In this document: piece after piece, positions 39,877 to 48,933 of the stretch
How positions within the stretch are numbered: the stretch's first letter is position 1
Layout of the letters: each line of letters begins with the position of its first letter
IMG/VR virus record: IMGVR_UViG_3300021963_000023
Location: 124,001-188,000 of that record
DNA length: 64,000 bases
Strand: one strand, 5' to 3'
Made by a program: the position numbers and the translations under genes
Notes under the pieces: generated by a model
The model's input: only the letters and a program-made list of their open reading frames with translations
What the model was told of the DNA's origin: nothing
The model's database searches: none

Positions 39877-40479
39877 ATGGAAGTAAAACTTAAAAATAAG
39901 TCCAAAATCCTTGGACTAGACATTAGTACAAAAACTATTGGGTTTGCATTATTTGATTTAACAGGTAAGAATTTGTTAGAGTTAACACATTTTTCGCCTA
40001 AGATTAAACCACAACCTGAAGACAAATTAGAAGAACTCCTTAAGAAAGCAGAAGCTTTTCATAAAAAGCTAGAAGATTATAAAGACATGGGTATAATTAA
40101 GGTTATTATCGAAGAACCTTTATTAAATTCAAATAACGTCTATACTGTGGGCACACTACTACGTTACAACACAATGGTATGTAGATCTGTTTATGATATT
40201 TTTGGTATTGTACCAACTTTTATTTCCACATATAATGCAAGAAAATATGCATTTCCTGATTTAGTTGGGCCAAATGATAAAGGTAGAAATGTTTTATTTG
40301 GTGGTTACGCAAAAGACATTGATAAGAAACATGTTATTTGGGAACACGTAAATGCTGTATGCCCAGATGTTAAATGGTTATATGGTAAATTAAATGCATT
40401 AAAGAAAGAAAATTATGATATGGCTGATGCAGCGACTGCTGTTATTGGTCACATTAATATGTTAAAAGCAACAGAATAA
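39877..40479 (+). CDS. ruvC: RuvC-like Holliday junction resolvase
   Basis: ILGLDISTKTIGFA, IIEEP, DMADA acidic catalytic pattern. Confidence 0.75.
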   Translation: MEVKLKNKSKILGLDISTKTIGFALFDLTGKNLLELTHFSPKIKPQPEDKLEELLKKAEAFHKKLEDYKDMGIIKVIIEEPLLNSNNVYTVGTLLRYNTMVCRSVYDIFGIVPTFISTYNARKYAFPDLVGPNDKGRNVLFGGYAKDIDKKHVIWEHVNAVCPDVKWLYGKLNALKKENYDMADAATAVIGHINMLKATE

Positions 40480-40500
40480 ATTTATATAAAAAAAAATAAA

Positions 40501-40704
40501 ATGACAGAGCAAAAAACGTTTAAAAGAATGACTGACGGTAAGATCGTCTTAGAGGATGTAATTTATGATAGTAGTTTTGGTAAAAGATCAATGATAACAA
40601 ATCCAAACACGGGTAATAGAATTGACTCGATTAAAATAGGTGAAACATCATATTATCCGGTTGGCCAGGTAAAGAAAAAAAATACGGCAACCAATGTTTC
40701 ATAA
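40501..40704 (+). CDS. Small hypothetical protein (67 aa)
   Basis: ATG ORF with A-rich leader. Confidence 0.6.
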   Translation: MTEQKTFKRMTDGKIVLEDVIYDSSFGKRSMITNPNTGNRIDSIKIGETSYYPVGQVKKKNTATNVS

Positions 40705-40731
40705 CTAAATAAAATTTACTTATATTTAAGT

Positions 40732-40807
40732 AAGTAGGCGGAAATGTAGTGAATAACTGCATTTTGGTTGGTTCCCCAGAGGGTGGTGTCTCTGGGGATT
40801 TTTTTTT
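40732..40807 (+). ncRNA. Candidate ~75-nt small RNA or attenuator (two hairpins, second is a terminator)
   Basis: CTTATATTT promoter motif at 40719; hairpin 40742-40764; terminator hairpin 40773-40798 + T9; no ORF. Confidence 0.4.
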
Positions 40808-40834
40808 GTCAAATATTTTATCTATATTTAAACC

Positions 40835-41776
40835 ATGGCCAAAATTGACACCGAATTCGAACCTATTATTGAAATCCTGGAAGATATGCTAGGAGATTAC
40901 AAGATGCATAATGACAACAAGGGTCAGATATCCTTTGATTGTCCAGTGTGTTCCCATGAAATCAAGGGATTAGACGAAGGTGATGGTAAGGGCAATCTAG
41001 AAATAAATTACAAATTGGGGGTATATAAATGTTGGTCTTGTAGTGAAACAAATAATACAAAAGGCCAATTATATCGACTTATTAAAAAATATGGTAATAA
41101 GAAACAGATTCAGTTTTATGAATTAATGAGACCAGAAGAAGTTGATCCCACATTACCTAAACCAAAGATACTCAGAGGATTACCTAAAGAATTTATTTCA
41201 TTTGCAACAGTATCGTTAGGGTTGAAGCTAACACATTATTATAAGAAAGCATACAATTACATCAGAAGTAGAAACATAACTGATGAAATGTTAGTAAAAT
41301 ATAACATTGGATTTGCATATGATGGTGAATATGCTAATAGAATCATTATCCCATCATATGATTCAGAGAATAAATTAAATTATTTTATTGCTAGGTCATA
41401 TATCCCTAGAACTAAAATGAAATATAAAAATCCTGATGTTCAAAAAGAGGTTATTATTTTTAATGAACATTTAATTAACTGGGACAAACCAATTTATTTA
41501 GTTGAAGGTGCTTTTGATAGTATTTTTGTTCCAAATTCAATACCGTTATTAGGTAAAGTGATGGGTGAATTTTTATATTCTAAAATATATGAAAAAGCAA
41601 AAGAATTAATAATAGTATTAGATGGGGATGCGTGGAATGACGCAGAAAGATTATTTCATAGGTTAAATAATGGGAAACTATTTTTAAAAGTATGGGTAGT
41701 TAAAATGCCAGAAGATAAAGATATAGCCGACTTACAAGGAAATTTTGAAAATTTAAATAAAATACAATTAGACTAA
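40835..41776 (+). CDS. dnaG: DNA primase (Zn finger + TOPRIM)
   Basis: CPVC...CWSC zinc-binding domain; LVEGAFD and LDGDA TOPRIM motifs. Confidence 0.85.
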   Translation: MAKIDTEFEPIIEILEDMLGDYKMHNDNKGQISFDCPVCSHEIKGLDEGDGKGNLEINYKLGVYKCWSCSETNNTKGQLYRLIKKYGNKKQIQFYELMRPEEVDPTLPKPKILRGLPKEFISFATVSLGLKLTHYYKKAYNYIRSRNITDEMLVKYNIGFAYDGEYANRIIIPSYDSENKLNYFIARSYIPRTKMKYKNPDVQKEVIIFNEHLINWDKPIYLVEGAFDSIFVPNSIPLLGKVMGEFLYSKIYEKAKELIIVLDGDAWNDAERLFHRLNNGKLFLKVWVVKMPEDKDIADLQGNFENLNKIQLD

Positions 41777-41777
41777 C

Positions 41778-42545
41778 ATGGATTTACTATTAGAATTAAA
41801 CAAATTTGATCACATCAAGTATCATGACGAACCTCACCATTATTATATTGGTGATCGATTGTTAACATCTGCCACAACATTTATTGGGCAGTTTAAAAAC
41901 AAATTCGATAGTGATGGTCAATCAGAAAAATATGCAAACAAGCATGGTTTAGTAAAGGAAGAGGTGCTTGCTGAATGGGATCATAAAAGAGATTATAGCA
42001 CAATTAAAGGTAGTGCTGTGCATGATTATGCTGAGAACCATTGGAACAACAAAATATTTCCATACGATCCGGCCCCAGCATTAAACAGATTTGGTGAGGA
42101 TATTGTTAAGCCAGCATATGACAAGTGTGTTAAACTATTTGATCAATTCTATCAAGATAGCCGTGCTAATCTAGTACCAATTAAAAATGAGTTTATTGTT
42201 GGCGATGAAGAGTTAGGTGTTTGTGGAATGATAGATCAATTGTTTTGGAATAAAAAAACAAATCAGTTACAAATCTGGGATTGGAAAACAAATAAAGCAA
42301 TTAACACTAAGAGTGCCTTTGGTAATAGATTCAAAAGACCAATCTCACACCTAGAAGAATGTGAATTCAATAGCTATAGCTTACAGACAAGTCTTTACAA
42401 ATATATGATTGAAAAAAATACCAACCTTAAGATTGGTGATTTATATTTCGTTTGGTTCTTTGAAGGAAACGAGACATACAAAGTATTCAAATGTCTAGAT
42501 ATGCGTAAAGAAATTGAGGATATGTTTAAATACGGAGCATCATGA
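41778..42545 (+). CDS. PD-(D/E)XK exonuclease (lambda exo / Cas4-like fold)
   Basis: KGSAVHDYAE; EF.V; GMIDQLF; IWDWKT; QTSLY. Confidence 0.8.
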   Translation: MDLLLELNKFDHIKYHDEPHHYYIGDRLLTSATTFIGQFKNKFDSDGQSEKYANKHGLVKEEVLAEWDHKRDYSTIKGSAVHDYAENHWNNKIFPYDPAPALNRFGEDIVKPAYDKCVKLFDQFYQDSRANLVPIKNEFIVGDEELGVCGMIDQLFWNKKTNQLQIWDWKTNKAINTKSAFGNRFKRPISHLEECEFNSYSLQTSLYKYMIEKNTNLKIGDLYFVWFFEGNETYKVFKCLDMRKEIEDMFKYGAS

Positions 42546-43360
42546 TAAAAAAAATAATACACATTGCGGATTTACATATTCGCACAATACAAATGCATGA
42601 TTTGTATAAAGAACAGTTTGAAAAACTGTTAGATGAATTAAGTGTAAAATTCTTAGAATGGACAGATGAAGGTATATCGCACAACGAAATTAGAATTATT
42701 ATTGCAGGTGACATCGCACATCAAAAAATTAATATCTCGAATGAGCAACTTCTTTTAACTAGTTGGTTCTTAAGAGAATTAACTCGTTTTGGTAAAGTTG
42801 TTATTATTCCAGGTAATCATGATTTCTTAGAGAACAACACCCAAAGATTGGATAGTATCACACCTGTTGTTGAGCTATTAGACAATGATAATATTTTTTA
42901 CTTTAAAGATATGGGAGTTTATCCTGATGTAAATGTTAACTGGGTTGTGTATTCACTATATCAACACAATCAGAGGCCAGAGTTTAAGAATACAGAAGAT
43001 AAATTGAACGTTGGTTTATTTCATGGCGCAATTCAAGGGATGTCAACCGATCTTGGTTTTAAATTCGAAGATGGATATGACCGTTTAAACTTTGTTGGTT
43101 TGGATTTACTACTATGTGGTGATATTCATAAAAGACAAACATTTAAACTACCTGGTGGTGGATTGGCTGTGATGATTGGATCATTAATACAACAAAACTT
43201 TGGTGAAACAATTAATCATCATGGGTATGGTGTATATGATGTTGATACAAATGAGTATCAATTTAGCAATTTGCAAAATGATAAACCTTTTATGCATTTC
43301 AGCATATCAGATATAAAAGATATAGAAAATGAAAAAGAAAATCTCATTAATGCTGGATGA
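42542..43360 (+). CDS. sbcD: SbcD/Mre11/gp47-like metallophosphoesterase (short, 272 aa)
   Basis: HIADLH, AGD, PGNHD, LFHG, GDIH motifs; GS..QQNFGE. Confidence 0.9.
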   Translation: MIKKIIHIADLHIRTIQMHDLYKEQFEKLLDELSVKFLEWTDEGISHNEIRIIIAGDIAHQKINISNEQLLLTSWFLRELTRFGKVVIIPGNHDFLENNTQRLDSITPVVELLDNDNIFYFKDMGVYPDVNVNWVVYSLYQHNQRPEFKNTEDKLNVGLFHGAIQGMSTDLGFKFEDGYDRLNFVGLDLLLCGDIHKRQTFKLPGGGLAVMIGSLIQQNFGETINHHGYGVYDVDTNEYQFSNLQNDKPFMHFSISDIKDIENEKENLINAG

Positions 43361-43787
43361 TGAATTTGTCCGTTATTGTGAATTAAATAAAATTCTTGAT
43401 GTTGATTCCCTTGCTAAGAAAACATTTCAAAGAGGATTCACCATTCTTAAATTTGGTGAAACACCGGTAACATCAAAAGGTAAAGAAACAATTATTGAAA
43501 AAGAGGTTATAGTTGAAGTTGAGAAGATTGTTGAAGTGGAAAAAATTATTGAGATAATAAAAGAAGTTCCAGTACAAATGAAAGGTGATACTCAGATAAT
43601 AACGAAAGAGATAATAAAAGAAGTTCCTATTGAGAAGATAATTTTCAATGATGAGGAAAACAACAAGTTAAAAGAAGAAAATAAAAAATTAAAAGATGAA
43701 TTAAATAAAATCACAGAATCCCTTGAAAAAATGAATAAAGCGAAATATCTTAAGGGAAGTGATCTTAATAATTTGTACGAAGAATAA
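43329..43787 (+). CDS. Hypothetical protein with VEKIVE/EVPV repeats and C-terminal coiled coil
   Basis: EKEVIVEVEKIVEVEKIIEIIKEVPV low-complexity repeat. Confidence 0.7.
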   Translation: MKKKISLMLDDEFVRYCELNKILDVDSLAKKTFQRGFTILKFGETPVTSKGKETIIEKEVIVEVEKIVEVEKIIEIIKEVPVQMKGDTQIITKEIIKEVPIEKIIFNDEENNKLKEENKKLKDELNKITESLEKMNKAKYLKGSDLNNLYEE

Positions 43788-43798
43788 AAATTAAATAT

Positions 43799-44113
43799 AT
43801 GATTAGTATTATTGTTTTGTGGGCGTTCATTGGATATGGCATGACCACTATTTTAGTTTATGGTTCAATTTTTGATATGCCAAGAGCATGGATAAAAAAA
43901 AACTCAAAGTTTTTTGGGGATTTGATTAAATGCGTAATGTGCACATCAACATGGGTTGGGTTTTTTATGTCGATATGCCTAGGTGGATTAACCACAAGAA
44001 TTTTAGACACTCATTGGGCACCATCAATATTTTTTGATGGTTTAGCTACTTGTGGAATGGTCTGGGCTATTAACGGGATTATCGAATTTTTTGAAGAATC
44101 CAGAATTAAGTAA
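43799..44113 (+). CDS. Small membrane protein (DUF1360-like, CxxC)
   Basis: Three hydrophobic segments; LIKCVMCTSTWVG. Confidence 0.6.
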   Translation: MISIIVLWAFIGYGMTTILVYGSIFDMPRAWIKKNSKFFGDLIKCVMCTSTWVGFFMSICLGGLTTRILDTHWAPSIFFDGLATCGMVWAINGIIEFFEESRIK

Positions 44114-44150
44114 TTTTGGTTTTTTAAACTTAAAAATGTAATTTTAAATT

Positions 44151-46487
44151 ATGAGCAATCCTTTTATAAAAGTTGAATGGGAAGACGTTTCGGAAAACTT
44201 TACACCGGAGCGCGTTAAGCGCGTTAAAACATACTTTCAAACAAAGTATAACACAACGCATGTACAAGTTATAACCAAAACGTTAAGCCAAAAGCAAGAC
44301 ACCAGACTTAAAACTCTAGAGGTTAGTGATAACATATTGGACAATCAGTTTCAAAAGAAATTAATGAAAGATTTCTTAACAGAGAATGATGTTCAAATTA
44401 AATGGGAACTAGTTGATAGATTAGATAATCGTGTTAATGCAGAAATAAATAAAGAAAATGAAAACAAAGTTAGATACAATAAGTGGTTTATTAAAAAAGT
44501 TGAATTCTCCAATTTTCTTTCCTTTGGTGATAATAACGCTATTGATTTTACAAGTCTGGGCGGGATTACGGTAATTGAATCTAATCCTAGAAACTTTGGT
44601 GGTAAGTCAACGTCTAGTGTTGATCTATTAATGTTTTTGTTTTTTAATTCAACAACCAAAACAAAAACTAACGCTGAGATTTTTAATAAATTTACTGATG
44701 TTGATACCGTGTCTGTTAAAGGATACATTACAATCGATGGAGATGAATATGTTATTGTTAGAACATTAACAAGAAAGAAATCAAGATCTGGTGATTATAC
44801 AGTTAAAAGTGAATTGGAATTCTTTAAAGAAAAAGAAGATGGTGAATTAGAAAATTTAACTGGAGAACAAAGAAGAGAGACCGAAACATTTATTGCATCA
44901 GCAATTGGAACAGAAGAAGATTTTTTATCTACTATTCTTACAACAGGATACAACCTAGAAGAACTTATAGAATCTAAACCAACAGCTAGAGGTCAAATTC
45001 TAACTAAATTTTTGGGATTAGAATCTTTAAAACAAAAAGAAGAGGTATGTAGAAACATCTATAATGACTGGGCCAAAAAATTAATTGGTAACACATATAA
45101 TGTTACTCAGTTACAAAATGACATTATCACCTATAATGAAAATATAGTTACTTCTAACAATGAAATAACAACGCATACTAGATTATTGGGTGAATATGGA
45201 ACTACACACAAACATTTAGAAGAGAGAAAAGAACACATCTTAGGATTAAGATCTAATGATATTGACCAGGAATTAATTAGAACCAATCCAGCGTCAGTAG
45301 AAAAAGAAATAGGTCAATTAAATTCCCTAAAAGCTTCTAGTCAACAAAACGCTGATGCCATTCTTATTGTAGAACCATCACAATACTACTTAGAGGCTGA
45401 TCATAAAACTGCTCAAAAAGAATTGAACGATTTATTGGTTGAAGGTAAGGTAACATTTGATAATATTGGTAGAAGCGAAAAATCTATTAAACAGTTCGAA
45501 GAAGGTAAAACCTGCCCAACATGTAATCGCGCATTAGATGAGGTTGATCATACTGAGGAAATTGCAAAACTTAGACAAGACATTGAAGATCTTAAGAAAA
45601 AACAAGACGAGTTAAAAGTTTCCGCTGATGAAGTGCAATCCAAGGTTACTGCGTTTAGTGTTCTTAAAGAGGAGTTTGATACTTACGAAAGAAATAAACT
45701 TCGTAAAGAGAGATATGAATTAGAAGTTGAGCAGAAACAAGTTGAGATAAACGCTAAACAACTTAAGTTAGACAACTATGAATCCAATCGAAAAAAATTA
45801 GAAGACAATCAAAAGATAGATACCGAATTGGTTACATTAAAAAGTCAGATAGAAAGTATAAATGGCGATATCAGAATTTCAAATACAACCATTGAGAGAA
45901 ATAAAAATAATATCACATCAATGGATGAAAAAATTGGTATTGCTAATGATCTAATTGCTAAAATTAAAGCTGAAGAAGAACTACAAGGTGTGTTTAAAAC
46001 ATATCTATTAGTTTATGGTAAGAATGGTATATCAAAAACAATCTTGAAGAATATGATACCGCTTATCAATCAGGAATTAAGTAGATTATTATCTGAAAGC
46101 TGTTACTTTATTTTAGAGCTGAACATTAATGATAAAAATGAGTTGGATTTCATAATGATTGACTCTGAAACAAGAATTATTAAACCATTGAACGCTGGAT
46201 CTGGCTATGAAAGAACAATCGCATCATTGGCATTAAGAAGCGTTTTAACGAAGGTTTCTTCTTTACCTAAGCCGAACATCGTTGTGATGGATGAAGTCTT
46301 TGGTAAGGTCGCAGATGAGAATCTAGAGATGGTTGGGGAGTTCTTCAAGAAGATCAAGAATTACTTTGAACATATCTTCGTTATTTCACATAACCCATTG
46401 ATTAGAAATTGGTCAGATAACCTGATTATGATTAAGAAAGAGGAAAACGTATCATCAATAGAATACATTTCCACCAAAATTTCTTAA
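44151..46487 (+). CDS. sbcC: SbcC/Rad50/gp46-like SMC ATPase with ~110-aa N-terminal extension
   Basis: EFSNFLSFG; Walker A NFGGKST; coiled coil with CPTC Zn hook; signature GSGYE; Walker B VMDEVF; ISH. Confidence 0.92.
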   Translation: MSNPFIKVEWEDVSENFTPERVKRVKTYFQTKYNTTHVQVITKTLSQKQDTRLKTLEVSDNILDNQFQKKLMKDFLTENDVQIKWELVDRLDNRVNAEINKENENKVRYNKWFIKKVEFSNFLSFGDNNAIDFTSLGGITVIESNPRNFGGKSTSSVDLLMFLFFNSTTKTKTNAEIFNKFTDVDTVSVKGYITIDGDEYVIVRTLTRKKSRSGDYTVKSELEFFKEKEDGELENLTGEQRRETETFIASAIGTEEDFLSTILTTGYNLEELIESKPTARGQILTKFLGLESLKQKEEVCRNIYNDWAKKLIGNTYNVTQLQNDIITYNENIVTSNNEITTHTRLLGEYGTTHKHLEERKEHILGLRSNDIDQELIRTNPASVEKEIGQLNSLKASSQQNADAILIVEPSQYYLEADHKTAQKELNDLLVEGKVTFDNIGRSEKSIKQFEEGKTCPTCNRALDEVDHTEEIAKLRQDIEDLKKKQDELKVSADEVQSKVTAFSVLKEEFDTYERNKLRKERYELEVEQKQVEINAKQLKLDNYESNRKKLEDNQKIDTELVTLKSQIESINGDIRISNTTIERNKNNITSMDEKIGIANDLIAKIKAEEELQGVFKTYLLVYGKNGISKTILKNMIPLINQELSRLLSESCYFILELNINDKNELDFIMIDSETRIIKPLNAGSGYERTIASLALRSVLTKVSSLPKPNIVVMDEVFGKVADENLEMVGEFFKKIKNYFEHIFVISHNPLIRNWSDNLIMIKKEENVSSIEYISTKIS

Positions 46488-46529
46488 TTTGAAAAACATT
46501 AATTATATTTGCTTAAACAATTAATAGAT

Positions 46530-47201
46530 ATGACACCTAAAGATTTAAATAGTTTTGGTCTATATGCTAAAGACCGTGGGATTAGTTCCCTTGATATGCA
46601 TTATTTTAATAAGAATGTAGAAAATAGTTTAACACCATATATTCTTGAAGAAAGAACTTTGAATGTTACTGTTATGGATGTATTCAGCCGATTGATGATG
46701 GAAAGAATTATATGGGTGGCCGGTGAAGTTAATGACCATATGTCTACGGTTGTGCAAGCTCAATTAATGTTTCTGGATAGTTTAGACAACAATGATATCA
46801 CTATACATATTGATAGCCCAGGTGGTTCTGTTAAATCAGGGTTATCTATGGTTGATGTCATGGAGTACATTAAATCTGATATTAGAACAATCAATACCGG
46901 TATGGCAGCATCAATGGGATCTATCCTATTAGGTGCAGGAACAAAAGGTAAACGCGGATCATTGAGATTTTCTAGAACGATGCTACATCAATCATCTGGT
47001 GGGTTTAGAGGAAATATTCAAGATGCCAAAATTGATATGGTAGAGTGGGAAAAATTAAATAATATTTTATTTGATTTGTTAGGTACTTATTGTGGTAAGA
47101 CCGGTGATCAAGTTAAACAAGATGCCACTAGAGACTTATGGTTAGATTCTCAAGACGCTTTATCATATGGAATCATTGATGAAATAGTTAAGAAGAAATA
47201 A
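46530..47201 (+). CDS. clpP: ATP-dependent Clp protease proteolytic subunit
   Basis: IDSPGG, GMAASMG (catalytic Ser), MLHQ (His), RD (Asp); N-terminal LTPYILEER..DVFSRLMMERII is Bacteroidota-like; ATG at 46530. Confidence 0.93.
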   Translation: MTPKDLNSFGLYAKDRGISSLDMHYFNKNVENSLTPYILEERTLNVTVMDVFSRLMMERIIWVAGEVNDHMSTVVQAQLMFLDSLDNNDITIHIDSPGGSVKSGLSMVDVMEYIKSDIRTINTGMAASMGSILLGAGTKGKRGSLRFSRTMLHQSSGGFRGNIQDAKIDMVEWEKLNNILFDLLGTYCGKTGDQVKQDATRDLWLDSQDALSYGIIDEIVKKK

Positions 47202-47230
47202 TAATTTTTTTATCTTCATTTTTTAGTCTG

Positions 47231-47262
47231 AGGGGAGTCTTAAAAAGGCTTCCCTTTTTTTT
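47231..47262 (+). terminator. Intrinsic terminator after clpP
   Basis: aggggagtctt/aaggcttccct stem + T run. Confidence 0.8.
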
Positions 47263-47284
47263 ATTTTATTCATATACTTATAAT

Positions 47285-47360
47285 AGACCTTGTGGTTGAA
47301 GTCGAAGTGTCCTTGAGGCATTTGAGTTGGAATTGATACCAACGAATTCGGGTTCAAATA
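47285..47360 (+). promoter_or_regulatory. Structured 5' leader RNA; first 15 nt complementary to 3' UTR at 48187-48201
   Basis: Hairpins gtgtc/ggcat, gttgg/ccaac and gaat/gttc; closing helix atttga/tcaaat; long-range complement agaccttgtggttga / ttaatcacaaggtct. Confidence 0.55.
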
Positions 47361-47378
47361 CAAAAAAATATAAGGAAA

Positions 47379-48182
47379 ATGAAAATAAGAATTTCAGCTA
47401 ACACTGGTCTATTCGCTACATCATTAGCAAGACCAGAGTCTTACATTACCAAGGGTAAAAAAAGACTTAAACAAAACACAGATACCGTTTATCTTAAAAA
47501 CGGGGATGAGTTCGAAATCGAACTTTACAATCCCACACAAAATAAAGTTTTAGCAAAAATCGAGTTGAATGGTAATTCCATTGGTAATGGTATTATACTT
47601 CGTCCTGGTGAACGTGTATTCCTAGAAAGGTACTTGGATGAGGCAAAGAAGTTTTTGTTCGACACGTATGTTGTAAACGGGGATAATAATGAAGTACAAC
47701 AAGCTATCGCCAACAATGGTGACGTTGTTATTAAATTCTATGATGAGGTAAAGATATCAACATATAATATTAATAGCGGTACCATAACACTTAATAACCC
47801 AAATTTTGGTTGGGGAAGTACAACAACTGGTAGTCCATGGTATGGTAATTCAACATTTACAACGTCAGGAACAAACGTGTATTATAATTCCACATTAACA
47901 AGTGGTACTAATTCATTTTTTAATAATGATAATAAAATAAAGAAATCATCAAGACAAGTTGAAACTGGTAGGGTGGAAAAAGGGATGGATTCAAGCCAAT
48001 CCTTTACGTATGATAATTCATCATTTAATACGTACCCATTGGCCACCAATTGGTGGAAAATTAAGCCAGAATCAACTAAGTTAAAAACCATAGAAGATTT
48101 GATCACATATTGCGGGGAATGCGGCAGTAAAAAGAAAAAAGATAACCATAAGTTTTGTCCACATTGCGGGTCAAAATTCTAA
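47379..48182 (+). CDS. Hypothetical protein: beta-rich N-domain, S/T/N linker, C-terminal Zn ribbon
   Basis: VYLKNGDEFEIELYNP...LRPGERVFLERY domain; C-terminal CGECG...FCPHCG. Confidence 0.8.
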   Translation: MKIRISANTGLFATSLARPESYITKGKKRLKQNTDTVYLKNGDEFEIELYNPTQNKVLAKIELNGNSIGNGIILRPGERVFLERYLDEAKKFLFDTYVVNGDNNEVQQAIANNGDVVIKFYDEVKISTYNINSGTITLNNPNFGWGSTTTGSPWYGNSTFTTSGTNVYYNSTLTSGTNSFFNNDNKIKKSSRQVETGRVEKGMDSSQSFTYDNSSFNTYPLATNWWKIKPESTKLKTIEDLITYCGECGSKKKKDNHKFCPHCGSKF

Positions 48183-48207
48183 TAAATTAATCACAAGGTC
48201 TTACTTT

Positions 48208-48232
48208 GAGGTCGCTTTTCGCGACCTCTTTG
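48208..48232 (+). terminator. Intrinsic terminator
   Basis: gaggtcgc/gcgacctc perfect stem followed by tttg. Confidence 0.75.
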
Positions 48233-48253
48233 TATTTATAGTAAAAGATAAAC

Positions 48254-48592
48254 ATGAAGACCAACAAAACAAACATTTTATTAGTATTAATAGCTTGTTT
48301 AGCGGCATATAGTATTTTCCAAGGAAGTAAGATTAGAACCGATGTAGCCGGATATAATACTAAAATTGATTCGCTTCAAACTCAAATTGACTCAGTTCAG
48401 ATAGTCAATGAAAAATTAACTGAACAAATTTTTACTATTGATAAGGAGATCGATAAAGTAGATGCCAATGTCAATAATGTAACTAAAAACATAACTATTA
48501 TTAAAAACCAAACAAATGAAAAAATTGATTCTGTTAGCAATTATAACTTTAGTGACCTTGAAAAGTTTTTCACAGACCGTTACAAAAACTAA
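48254..48592 (+). CDS. N-terminal TM + coiled-coil protein (i-spanin-like)
   Basis: Single TM then heptad coiled coil; TATTTATA upstream; overlaps next gene by 77 nt. Confidence 0.55.
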   Translation: MKTNKTNILLVLIACLAAYSIFQGSKIRTDVAGYNTKIDSLQTQIDSVQIVNEKLTEQIFTIDKEIDKVDANVNNVTKNITIIKNQTNEKIDSVSNYNFSDLEKFFTDRYKN

Positions 48593-48932
48593 CGTAGACA
48601 CTATCGTGGCGTTAAAAGTGCCAGTAGCAAAGCTTGTAATAAAAGACTTAATTAAAGGTGATGGTGCAATAGCTGAGATCCACGAATTAACCAAGGTTGT
48701 ATCATTAAAGGATGAGCAAATTGGGTTATTTAAACAAAAAGACTCCCTAAAAGACCAGAAAATTGGTAACCTAGAGGTTATCATCACTAAGAAAGATGAA
48801 CAATTTTCCTTAGAAAGAATGAAGTCTGAAAGTTTATTAAAAGAATTAAAAGGTCAAAGAACAAAAACGTTCTTTTATAAGGTTGGATCATTTGTTGGGA
48901 TTATAGCAACATCATTATTATTGCTTAAGTAA
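48516..48932 (+). CDS. Secreted coiled-coil protein with Sec/SPI signal peptide
   Basis: MKKLILLAIITLVTLKSFS|Q signal with Gln at +1; C-terminal hydrophobic stretch. Confidence 0.6.
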   Translation: MKKLILLAIITLVTLKSFSQTVTKTNVDTIVALKVPVAKLVIKDLIKGDGAIAEIHELTKVVSLKDEQIGLFKQKDSLKDQKIGNLEVIITKKDEQFSLERMKSESLLKELKGQRTKTFFYKVGSFVGIIATSLLLLK

Positions 48933-48933
48933 T

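Noticed and set aside
40732-40807. Possible tRNA
   Set aside because: No cloverleaf, T-loop or CCA; retained only as an sRNA/attenuator candidate.
41778-42545. Cas4-like nuclease as part of a CRISPR system
   Set aside because: It lacks the Fe-S Cys cluster and any cas/array context; it is a generic PD-(D/E)XK exonuclease in a replication operon.
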